Assembly: GCA_964035545.1 (NCBI GenBank)
Contig: OZ037767.1
Coordinates: 27,544,628 to 27,608,627, forward strand
Reading direction: 5' to 3'
DNA: 64,000 nucleotides
From: Bugula neritina
Taxonomy: Eukaryota > Animalia > Bryozoa
The position numbers and the translations under genes were made by a program. Within the stretch, counting starts at the first letter, position 1. The number at the start of each line of letters is the position of its first letter. This document shows positions 54,801 through 64,000 of this stretch, piece by piece. The notes under the pieces are model-generated. The model was given only the letters and a program-made list of their open reading frames with translations, was not told the origin of the DNA and did no database searches.

Positions 54801-57639
54801 ACACTTTGGCCTGCTCCATTTGTTCAATACGCTTTTTCACAAGAAGGGCTGTTTGCGCATCTCCCCCTTGCATGGTTATCTGGTCCATATAAACCTGATC
54901 TGCTTTTTCATCTTCTCTTTCTAGATCCTTGTTTCTAGCTCGAAGAGCATTGATGTTATCCTAATCAATAAACAGAGCCTTTACAATGCCGGATGATTAA
55001 AATAATCAATTAATAAATTAAAACAACCAAGAATGTAAAATATTTAAAAGAGCAACAAACTTTAAGAAACTAAGCCTATATGGTGTTACAATCTTCACAC
55101 ATATAAGTAATAAAAATCAACAAGAAGATATATAAACTAAATTACAAATAAAGCAGTCCACAACTAAGTTATATATAGACATTTAAAAACAACAAACTAG
55201 TAACTCCAGTAACTTAAAACGTTAGATGAGAAACGTTACCCGATTGGTGGTTATATTTTTTTTAAGAGACAAAACCGCAGCAATTCTGCGGTTTAGATCG
55301 GCACTACTTCGCTGATTTTCTTTCTTAGTTTGATCTCGAACTCTAAAATAGAATACAGTGGGAAAAAGGAAAGTACATCACACTTATAGCAACAAAAACT
55401 TTATTATGTGCACTCACTCAAGTTGCTCAATGATTGAAATTCATTATTTGGTGTCAGAAAAATACTTTGTAACTACCAAAACTACAAAAACTATTCAAGT
55501 TTACAACTTAATGAGAGATCTGAGCTATCAACAAATAGACAGATTTAAAGAAAAAGAAAAACAGGTAAAATTATGAACAACGTAAATTAATGAATAAGTC
55601 AGAAAATTGCTAAATGAGTGAGTCAGTATTAATTCGCACAAACTGTAAAACACAAAAGTTTTATGCATACTCTTTCATTGTTTGATTGAGGTATTTCTTT
55701 GTTTTTTCTTTAGCTTCTAGCTCATTATGCCGTGCTATTTCCTCCTGACGTTTGAGTTCTCTGGAGACCAAGTCTGCTCTGAGCAGCTCTTGCTGCTGAT
55801 GATTGTACGTACCTAAAGTTAGTACAATGAAAATAAATTTAACAACACATCAAAAGTAGAATTTAATACAAATTACAGCTAATTATGAATACACTGGCAA
55901 ATTTTAAGAAAAATATTTTTTAATTAAAAATTTGACCCTAGATCGCACAAGTTCCAACATATTACTAAAAAAAATCTAGCAATTGAAAAATCAAGTGTAG
56001 AAAATTAGAATATGTTTATACTAAAATATAAAATGTTAGTTAACAGAAACCTATGACTGTTAAAAGTAATCACTACTATTTGTTAACTCATGCACTGTTG
56101 TACTATAACTGCATTTTGATATTATGCTTCAATTTTATTATCACTTATTTTCAATTTTCTAAACATAAGTCACAGTTTCAGCATCACAGCATAAAAAATA
56201 AATGTTCCATAATTACAAGCCATGAGTTTATGGCTAAACAAGAATCATAAAAACATAACTTTCGAATTATCAGTTTTGACTCACTTTGCACAAATGCTTC
56301 TTCATTTCTTTTGCGTACAGCATAATCGTTCAACTTTTGTTCTTTGATTGCGGAATACTGTCTATGCAGACTCTCTTCTGCTAGCATATACTTTCCTTTG
56401 TCCAATTCTGATTTTGCCAAGTTATATCTGTATAAAAAGTCAAAACAAATAAAATCATTTATAATCTTTTGCATCAGTTTTGACTGTAAACCTATAAACA
56501 CTGCATACTTGGAATATATATATATATAGGAGGATAAAAACTGCCAAAGTTTAAAACCAATTTGAAAAATTATTAACCTTCTTTCAAATTTCATGCTATG
56601 ATAAATGAATTATATAAAAAAATTGCAAAATGATATAGTCCTTGTCTTATTGCATGTCTAGTCTGTAACAAACGTACTGAGCTTGAGATAAACGAGCTTT
56701 AATGGCTTCTTCGATTCCTCGCTCCATCTCTAACTCCATAATAGACCTGTCATGCTGAGCTCTAAGACGATCCCCATTTGGTCTAAAATAAGGCAAAGTC
56801 ATGTACTTGTTGTCTATAGCCAATAACATAGTACATAGTTTCAAAAGCTATAGGAATCTTACACATCTTCTTGCTCATCTGTTAGTTGAATCAAGTAAAA
56901 CAGTCTGTCTCTTTCTTTTTCCAGCTCAGATATTCTTTCTTGACATTTTTCTAACTCATTCTGAGTTTTATTGGTTGTGACAGACTTTTCATGTAAATCT
57001 TCGTTAAGTGAGTCAATGTACTTCTTCATATAAATGTAATGCAGTTGGCCTTTTTGGTCAATACGTTCTGTCTCACTAGCCTCATTAGCACCATTGCTAA
57101 AATACAAATAAACATCTAAACACCTATGTGTTGGTAGGCTAGCCATACCTGCACAATTAGTATTACATGCACAATAAGTAAAATACAGTAACCTATAATC
57201 ATTGTATCTGACTAGACATTTTATTATAAAGAGGTACAGACAAAAGTAATTTACTGCATCATAAAATATTTGATGACAATTTAATAAATTTTGCAAAATT
57301 TATAACATTGCGGCCGTATGCTTCATGAAGTGCACTGGCAGAGTTATTCATTTATTCACTATGACTATGATCCTGCCCATGACCATTGACTTTGAGCTTA
57401 GTGAGTTCCAGTCAAGCCTATCACACAACATCTTATTACTTTAGTTATCAAATCATCTAAAAACATTAAAGTATATGCAATGTTTACCTTGCTTCAGGCT
57501 CTAGACAAATATTACACTCATCAGCACAAAGATCAGAGTCTTCACTATCATCGTCTAATGACATTCCTTCAGCATCATCATCCTTGATGTAGTACTCGGC
57601 TTCGTCGAATTCATTGAAGAGTATTTCTTCACTCTCCAT
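36859..57639 (-). CDS. CFAP74: Cilia- and flagella-associated protein 74 (central-apparatus protein with tandem ASH/Ig-like domains); complete multi-exon CDS, about 1731 aa
   Basis: 32 exons joined with GT-AG boundaries and consistent phase, 5196 nt in total: 57639-57488, 57096-56863, 56782-56678, 56427-56285, 55812-55671, 55342-55240, 54960-54803, 54400-54268, 53747-53486, 53179-52932, 52735-52617, 51852-51696, 51498-51322, 51081-50898, 50239-50049, 49574-49453, 49257-49041, 48658-48485, 48381-48248, 47864-47695, 47201-47095, 46708-46553, 45143-45003, 44424-44294, 43996-43855, 43635-43492, 41816-41661, 41547-41352, 40703-40488, 39354-39227, 37737-37603, 37077-36859 (TGA). Peptides recalled as typical of CFAP74: QVAAGREFKGKSSFNSKPTVVHFK-DFDVGKSYKKRVTLTNVSYSINFCKL, FDPPGQLSAGMTCEILITFKPMINEDLEG, MELLPKTGFVQAQSSFSAQLKFLPR, IDFGHCTIYESV, VDIQPNDGFGLLLPEET, YTHPVPRIGKGAIAPVGPTSFEF. 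The N-terminus is acidic and followed by coiled-coil sequence. Confidence 0.93.
38124..38129 (-). CDS. Candidate 6-nt CFAP74 microexon CAAGAG (QE)
   Basis: attactttgatctag|CAAGAG|gtaacg; phase-0 intron, frame preserving. Confidence 0.4.
38682..38687 (-). CDS. Candidate 6-nt CFAP74 microexon AAAAAG (KK)
   Basis: ttatatttttcacag|AAAAAG|gtaaca; phase-0 intron, frame preserving. Confidence 0.5.
38903..38908 (-). CDS. Candidate 6-nt CFAP74 microexon AAAAAG (KK)
   Basis: tactgctttctttttttag|AAAAAG|gtaaac; phase-0 intron, frame preserving; TGC motif upstream of the acceptor. Confidence 0.5.
40227..40247 (-). CDS. Candidate 21-nt CFAP74 microexon (ERLQNFQ)
   Basis: tgatatttttag|AGCGTTTGCAAAACTTTCAAG|gtatgt; open in the phase-1 frame of the host intron. 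Confidence 0.55.
40756..40917 (-). mobile_element. tRNA-derived SINE with 19-bp target-site duplication
   Basis: Direct repeat CCTGAGAGTAGAGTTATAT at 40737-40755 and 40918-40936. The minus strand begins GGTTGGAGCGTTCGCTTTGTGAACACGAAGTTGTGGGTTCAAACCCC (tRNA-like head with B-box GGTTCAAACC), followed by a central AGGAAGAGCATCCAG motif. Confidence 0.8.
41929..42003. repeat. Two abutting perfect palindromic hairpins (13-bp and 23-bp stems)
   Basis: ATTGTTCCAATAA-catc-TTATTGGAACAAT (41929-41958) overlaps AATAAGACCTCTACTTTTTCTAT-ct-ATAGAAAAAGTAGAGGTCTTATT (41956-42003). Confidence 0.9.
43736..43850. repeat. 23-bp minisatellite (TAGTTTGGCTATATGATGACTCA), 5 copies, abutting a CFAP74 splice donor
   Basis: Tandem copies end 4 nt from the exon boundary at 43855. 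Confidence 0.9.
45708..45716 (-). CDS. Candidate 9-nt CFAP74 microexon (KNK)
   Basis: ttctttaattatag|AAAAATAAG|gtaaag; phase 0; precedes the lysine-rich exon starting GKKK. Confidence 0.45.
46183..46209 (-). CDS. Candidate 27-nt CFAP74 microexon (VLAAAGANV)
   Basis: ctttggtgcag|GTGCTAGCAGCAGCTGGAGCCAATGTG|gtaggt; GC-rich island in an AT-rich phase-0 intron. Confidence 0.5.
46730..46915. repeat. Degenerate 11-bp repeat (CATATTACTAG) in a CFAP74 intron
   Basis: Multiple imperfect tandem copies upstream of the acceptor at 46708. Confidence 0.75.
54435..54737 (+). mobile_element. Two degenerate tRNA-derived SINE-head fragments in tandem
   Basis: Copy 1 has A-box-like TGGTGTAATGGTTAG and B-box-like GAGTTTGAGTCC. 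GTTTACCCAGT..CTTGTGGTGTAA and CAGTGGGGG..AAAGTTTTA recur about 185-220 bp downstream, with an internal deletion in copy 2. Confidence 0.55.
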
Positions 57640-57719
57640 TACAATAATTATTCAGCTTTTAAAAAACTCTTATTGCTGACTATTAATCGAAAATAATGTG
57701 ATTAACCGTTCTATGCTAA

Positions 57720-57900
57720 CAAAAAGCTTACTTGAGCCTAATTTCTTTCCGATAGCGCCGCCATCATAGTCATAGCAACAATAGTACTCGCCTAATTTGA
57801 AACAGCTCCGAACATACTGTTAAAATACGACGAAGACATCAAGTCAATGACCGCTAGTTTTTTGTAGCTTTTATTTAAGGAATTTGCTTACTAATAATGT
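57720..57900. promoter_or_regulatory. Putative bidirectional promoter CFAP74/UFSP2 with YY1/Pho-like motif
   Basis: Local CpG cluster in an AT-rich background. GCCGCCATC at 57757-57765 is YY1-like (GATGGCGGC on the minus strand). There is a minus-strand donor CAA|GTAAG at 57732/57731 and a plus-strand donor AAT|GTAAGA at about 57898, compatible with non-coding first exons pointing outward. Confidence 0.5.
57766..57779. promoter_or_regulatory. RFX-binding X-box in the CFAP74 promoter
   Basis: ATAGTCATAGCAAC fits the X-box consensus RTHNYY-WT-RRNRAC at all 14 positions. It lies about 130 bp upstream of the ATG of a motile-cilia gene, and RFX factors are established regulators of ciliary genes. 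Confidence 0.7.
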
Positions 57901-59754
57901 AAGACGTCAAGTAATTATAATCTAAGTCTTGGTTTTTTTTTATAAGAGGGGAAATTAACAGAAATTAATAAGCATTTGCCCACGTTTTTACCCACATTAA
58001 AGGTTTTGCACTATATGCCAACCAAGAGAAAATCTGTTGTGAATGAAGAAAATGAAATTAATTATTATATATGTTTTCTAGCTGCAATTTAATTTTTATT
58101 AATGACTGTGTGCAAGCAAAAATTGTATGTTTTAGTTTTTATAGTAGTTCTACTTCTAATATCTAATTCTTATTCTAAGCAGTAAATTATCACAATCACA
58201 ATGACAATCAGTAAATCATTTTGATAATCTCAAAGCCAAAGTTAAACTTGAAGTTATTAGTTAAGGGCTTAAGGCTAAGCCTAAGGCTAACAGTCACACT
58301 AATAGTAATAGTTATAGTAATAGTAAATCACTAAATGTGATACCCCATTGTAAATGTAATAGAAATAAGTAATCACTATGACTATCAGTGAGTATCAGTA
58401 ATGGCTAATGACTTATGAGTTGAAGTTAGTGTGATGGTTAAAAAGTTTGATTTGCAATGAACATTGGGGTTGCATTTTGATTTTGATTTAATTTTTAACT
58501 TTCACTTTGATTTTTTGAAATAACATTAAGTTTTAATTTCAGTTTGTTTAGTCTCTTCAAGTTTACTTTTGTTAATTTTAGTTGTATAATTTTAATCTTA
58601 TGAAACAAGACCCTAAGAGTAAGTATAATTATAAATGTTAGGATAATAAAACATTAACTTTAAATTTTGGAGTAGGTAACTATAACCCTACTATGACTAT
58701 CAGTATCACTATAGAGTTAGACTGTCAGTATAACTGTATAACTATAAGTAATAAATATAGTTATTTAGTACAAGTTCAAAGCAGAGGGTAGTCAACTTCA
58801 AATTAAGTCTCATGCAATAAGACTTGACACTTCGACTTTGCAGTAACAGTCAGTGTCAACACTGTTATTGCTTGTGTGAGAATAATTTGAATGACTTGAA
58901 GCTTGAGCTAAGGGTGATTTCGGTATGAGAATGATTTAGAATTGACATATTAATACGTAACTTTCAGGCAAGACATGAGTCAGAATGAGGGACACAATCA
59001 TAATTACTAAGTCTAATTAGTGTGAGAGTATTGGATTTAGTTTTATTATCATTATTAGTCTCAGTAGTGAGGAAGTTATATTGCTAAGACCAGTAAATGG
59101 TTGAAAATTAGTTTCATATCTTATTTGATGTCTAAATTTTAGCACAAATGATAAAACAGAGAAATTTAAACTTCTCACACTTGTGGTGGTATTTACTAAT
59201 GTAAAATGTTATAGCGCTCCCTTCTTAGTCTATAAAAAGCTGGTAAATGACAGATATAATGTTTTCTGCCACTTAATTTTAATGTAAACTTTGTAAAGTG
59301 AACTTTTTCTAAGCTTATTACACAAGGAACTGCTGAGTTGTGATGATAATTTCTAGGTGTCCTGTTGCCCAACAATGTCTGCCTAGTGTTTATACATTTT
59401 TTTATAGCTTTAGTATTTAAAAAATGCTCTCACTAAAGCAAAAACTTGCTGTGGTCATAATTTAATACTTACATATAATATGTTTTAAGGTTGACTATTT
59501 TTATTTTTTCCTACAGTGTTTTTATTTTTTTTATTATAAGTACTTTTTCTTAACATAAGCATTTAATTGAGACAGTGTGCGTTAGCAGCCAATGCTCTCC
59601 TTGTCTTTATCACATCTATTGAAGTATGTATAATAGATCATATTAATTTTTAAATATTTATGTAATGTGTTTTTATTTTTTGCTTAAGGCTACTAGTCAC
59701 ATACGAAATAATAAAACTCAGTGTTTTATACATAGTTCAAGGAACCAAAGGAAT

Positions 59755-62700
59755 ATGGACGATTCAGAAATATCAACCGACATTAGTATGACGAGTGCTT
59801 CGCTTTTGGAATTTCAACTGTCTATTGACACAGCCTGTTTAAATGTAAGACTCCATTTTTATGGTTGTGTTATATTTTTATTATCATGTAAGTCCTCATC
59901 ACTAGTTTAGTAGTTTTTTTTACAGTAGCTATATCTTGGAACAGATATAACGATTGAAGTATATAAATCAGTAGTTGAATTTGTTTGGATTAATTTAAAT
60001 TTTTCACGTTATAAGCTGTAGCCAAAGACAGTTATTTGCTTTAATTTAAAAAGAGCTTTTAGTTTTAACAAATATGTCAAAATATGTTGAATTTTATAAT
60101 CTTGTTTTACATCTCACATAATACAATGGCGTTACTTGTTATGATCCTATATATTATAAACTGTGACATCAATAATCATGTTATTCCGGGGAAAAAGAAA
60201 TTTGTATGTTTCTTTAAATTAGCATTAACCCTGTTTCAGCGTCTCAAACAGCTATCAAAAGAAAAGATAGAGGATTCCATTCATGGGTTTCTATATGGTG
60301 TAACAGTAAATAAAAGTATTACCATCACATCAGCCTGCTATGTTGACGAGAAGCTGAAATCAGCCACGTTTATGGAGCAGTTTAGTAAAAACCGCAGCAT
60401 CTTTCCAGTTGGTAAGAGTCGCTGGACTTCTGTTACTGCCAGATTATCATTTATTTATTTTTTTTAAATATTTTATTTATTTATATGAAGTTTGTGAAGG
60501 TGGGTGTAGTATGCACAGGGTGTGTGTAGAGTATATTGAGGTGTGTGTTGAGTATATTGTTCTGTGTATGAATAGATAAAGAAAATAAAAAAGGGAAAAT
60601 AATATTTTGTATTTGCAGGTGTCGATCCAATCGGAGTTTTTCTAGCTAATTGTGACATCAAAGAAGCTCCTGACATAATCCCTATGAGCTCAATATCTCC
60701 AGTAAAATATTGATATATCTTATAATTTTCAGCACTTTATATTTTTCTTTGTAATTATTGAATCTACTTCTATCAGGCAATTTCTTGTCTAAAAAACATT
60801 TTTGTCAGTAACATTGTTAAGTTTGACCTGAACTCTATTTATGTTGATTGTTGTCAATTGTTTGCGTGACATGTTTCAGCTACCTGAGTTGTTGGTTTGT
60901 GCTCACCTGGACAATGCGGACGAGTGGTCCTTTTATGAATATAACAGACTTACTAAAGCTCTCACGTCACTCAGCTGCACAGAAACCGACATGAATCCAT
61001 ATACCGACCACACATTGTTCAACACTTCCTGCACCGTAGATATTTCATACAAGTTCTCTACAAAAAAAGGTAAATAAATGAAAAGTTTCTGCTTCTGAAA
61101 TGTTGTTTGTGGCACTTTGCAACAAATATCTGTTAAGTTTTATTTCCCTGTTTCTAATGCGTTTCCTATAATATATTATGGAAGTTGTGTTTCCTCTAGT
61201 ATATTTGAGAAGTTGTCTTTCCTGTAGTATATTTTAGAAGTTGTCTTTTCTATAGTATGTTTTAGAAGTTGTCTTTCCTATAATCTATTTTGGATGTGGT
61301 GTTCCCTATGAATTTCTGTAGTTATTTGATTATGTTGATAAACTTCTGTCTTTTTGTTCATTGTTAGCTGAACTTCAGAATAACTGTGTGGCGGCAGTAG
61401 ACTCGATCATCAAGTCTTTAGCTTCAGAGACTGTGTTATTTGGAGTCCGACATTCTAATGTCATAGTGGGTGCTAAGAGTACAATTGGTGCTAGTCAAGA
61501 GGATTCTGTGGGGAAAATAGTTAAAATAATTAATAAACAAGCAGCAGCTGAAGGGTCCAGCAGTGGAAGGAAAAATTCGTCCAATCAGGTTTTTAGATCT
61601 ATCTAGTCATTTACTGTTGTATTGCCTCTTACATTATACTCTACCTCTATACCTCATTATGTTACTGCCTTGTCACCTTTTACACTATACTCTATACCTC
61701 ACTATGTTACTGTTACTGTATTTTTTGAATTAATAGCTTGAAATTTTGAAATAGTTAACACACATTTCTTTACTTTTTGTGTTAATTTTAGTCTAATATA
61801 TAGAAAATCTCACCAGTAATAATTTTTTATTTAATTTAAATGTTCATAATGATATACTGGCTGACTAAATGCTTTTACTGAGAAATAAAATGTAAAAGTT
61901 TGTATATTTTATAATAGTTTTCTCCTCTTTCAGGCGAGTATTGTGTATGTGGAAGTGTTGAAGAGATTAACTGTATCTGCTGACAGCAATAATGATGCTC
62001 CATTCTCTCCTGTTATATACTATAACAAAGGTAATACACTATTTATTACTTAGATATATTATAACAGATGTAAAATACTATTTAGTACTGTTATTATGTT
62101 ATATACTATAACAAAGGTAATATACTATTCATTACTTTTTTATGCTGATTTAATTACAACTGTCTATTTTCAAATGGAATGCCCAGTTTATGATGTCACT
62201 AATTTGTTTTACTGGTTTTATCCATGTATTTTTTATGTGCAGTTGGCTAGATACAACACTATGATTATAAGAAAATAATTGAAATATTTTCAATGGTTGC
62301 GGTCTGTGCACATTTGCTATGAGTTATTAGTGGATGGTTTAATGTAAAGTTATTTAATGCATTACTACAGTTAGATATATTTATTGTTGTCAAGTTAATG
62401 TTGTTGGGAGTTGTCTGTTCCTTGTGATAGGTGAAGATCTGCTCATTAACCTGAAAGTACCGCTGAACTGTTTAGCCTTAGCACACAGAGATACTACGCT
62501 ACAAGAACTAGTCCCAATACTATACCGGTCTCTGGTTAGGCAGCTGCACTCAGCGTGTCATATCCTCAGTAACTGCACTGTAAGTACTCCAAATAATGTA
62601 GGTACTTCAAGTAGTGTAAGTACTCCAAGTAGTGTAAGTACTCCAAGTAGTGTAAGTACTCCAAGTAGTGTAAGTACTCCAAGTAGTGCAAGTACTCTAA

Positions 62701-63691
62701 GTAGTGTAAGTACTCTAAGTAGTGTAAGTACTCTAAGTAATGTAAGTTTTTGGAACACCATAAGTATTCTAAACACTGTATGTACCATTCATAATATTTA
62801 GTGTCAAACTTTCAAATTACAATACTCCTGCTTCACTGAAAGGCTTTTTATATAATATTGCTGGCATAAAATTACATGTTGATGCATTTTCAATATTATT
62901 TTACCTGTTTCTGTTTTCTGGCACTTATTTAGTAGGTAACTTATGTTTATAATATAAATATGATATTGTAGTATAAGTTAGAGTTATATAATAAGCTGAT
63001 ATAATGTTTTGTAATATTACACTCATACACGTTGTTGGGATACACTCTAGGGAACAGATATCCCTGTATTGTCAGTGTGTCATTACTGGATAGATGGTGC
63101 ATACTACCCTATATCTGTTGTCCAATCAACATCCAAAGACACTGACTTGGGTAGGCAGCTTATTTTCTACTTCCTGTTTCAATCTCTTGCTTGTGTCAGC
63201 ATAGTATTCTGTGTTTATTTATCACCAGGATAATGCGGCATTAGAAAATTGTATTATTTTAATTCATGTTAGTGGCGTGGAGAAAAAGTATGCACGTAAA
63301 GTTGATGTTACCACTGGACAGGCCGTACTTCAGAAATGCTAATGTATTCAAGTTTCCAAAGGAATCTTCATTACTCTCTCCTCAACTTATTAACCCTCAT
63401 GTTGGAATTCCTCTAACTCAGAAATTACAAGGTTTGTACCCTCCTATATGTTATTTATTAGTCTGGAGTTAAAAGCATATACTATGAATGGAAATGTTTT
63501 TATTGACTAGTTTGCTGTGTTTTAGCTGGTGAAGGCTCAGTTCGTCTAGTCTATGGTAAATACGCCTATCATCATTATATGCAAGACAGATTTGATGATG
63601 ATAAGTGGGGCTGTGCCTACCGTTCCCTTCAAACATTAATATCCTGGTTTAGATTACAAGGCTACACTGAAGCTGCTGTTCCTACTCACAG
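59755..63691 (+). CDS. UFSP2: UFM1-specific protease 2 (peptidase C78), 5' portion; gene continues beyond the window
   Basis: Phase-consistent exons 59755-59844, 60240-60411, 60619-60701, 60880-61069, 61368-61588, 61934-62030, 62431-62579, 63051-63150, 63273-63431, 63526-63691. Late exons encode [17 protein letters not shown] and [36 protein letters not shown], the UFSP2 catalytic-Cys signature. The long N-terminal domain indicates UFSP2 rather than UFSP1. The N-terminal exons are less certain than the C-terminal ones. Confidence 0.92.
61160..61310. repeat. Degenerate minisatellite of about 29-30 bp (AGAAGTTGTCTTTCCTATAGTATATTTT-like) in a UFSP2 intron
   Basis: About 5 imperfect tandem copies. 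Confidence 0.75.
62580..62747 (+). repeat. 18-bp minisatellite (GTAAGTACTCCAAGTAGT), 9 copies plus a final GTAAGT, starting at a UFSP2 splice donor
   Basis: Units start at 62580, 62598, 62616, 62634, 62652, 62670, 62688, 62706 and 62724, with a final GTAAGT at 62742; stop-free in the exon frame (VSTPSS)n. Confidence 0.95.
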
Positions 63692-64000
63692 GTACCCATC
63701 ACTTGATCATAAGCTATAAATAGCGATGCTAGACTATAAATAGCAATATTGTGCTAGAAATTGCAGTGTTATACTATAAATAGCAAAATTCTACCATAAA
63801 TGGTAATCATGTGCTAGAAACATACATAGCATTATGCTATGAATAGCATACTGCACTATAAATACTAATATTGCAGAAAGAAGCTCAATTGAATTTTATT
63901 TTACTATAAATTCTAGGTTTAGAAGTTTTCTCGATTTAAAAATAATTTCTTTGTAAGTATTACATAATTTAAAAAAAAAAGGTTTATTCCAATGGCACAC

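Noticed and set aside
55671-55812. Suspected frameshift in an A-rich run of a CFAP74 exon
   Set aside because: Recounting gives EAKEKTKKYLNQTMK in frame with both neighbouring exons; the gene is intact.

Overview
AT-rich, intron-containing invertebrate metazoan genomic DNA; most entries in the ORF track are spurious or are exons running into introns. I reconstructed three spliced genes by hand from GT-AG boundaries and reading-frame phase. (1) A complete CFAP74 gene on the minus strand (ATG 57639 to stop 36859, 32 core coding exons, about 1731 aa), with several candidate 6-27 nt microexons in its introns. (2) The 5' part of UFSP2 on the plus strand (ATG 59755, 10 exons up to the catalytic [10 protein letters not shown]-type exon, running off the right edge). 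It is head-to-head with CFAP74 across an interval containing an RFX X-box. (3) The 5' end of an unidentified large minus-strand gene (about 7-30 kb, body beyond the left edge), with at least four alternative ATG-bearing exons that all end in phase 1. The window also holds a TTAA-flanked Kolobok-like non-autonomous transposon, a tRNA-derived SINE with a 19-bp target-site duplication, a perfect (GT)664 tract, a G4-type GGGGTAA array, hairpins and several minisatellites. The most novel-looking signals are splicing architectures: three 6-nt microexon candidates in one CFAP74 intron, and an 18-bp in-frame minisatellite built from splice donors in UFSP2. All splice models are predictions from sequence alone and need RNA-seq confirmation.
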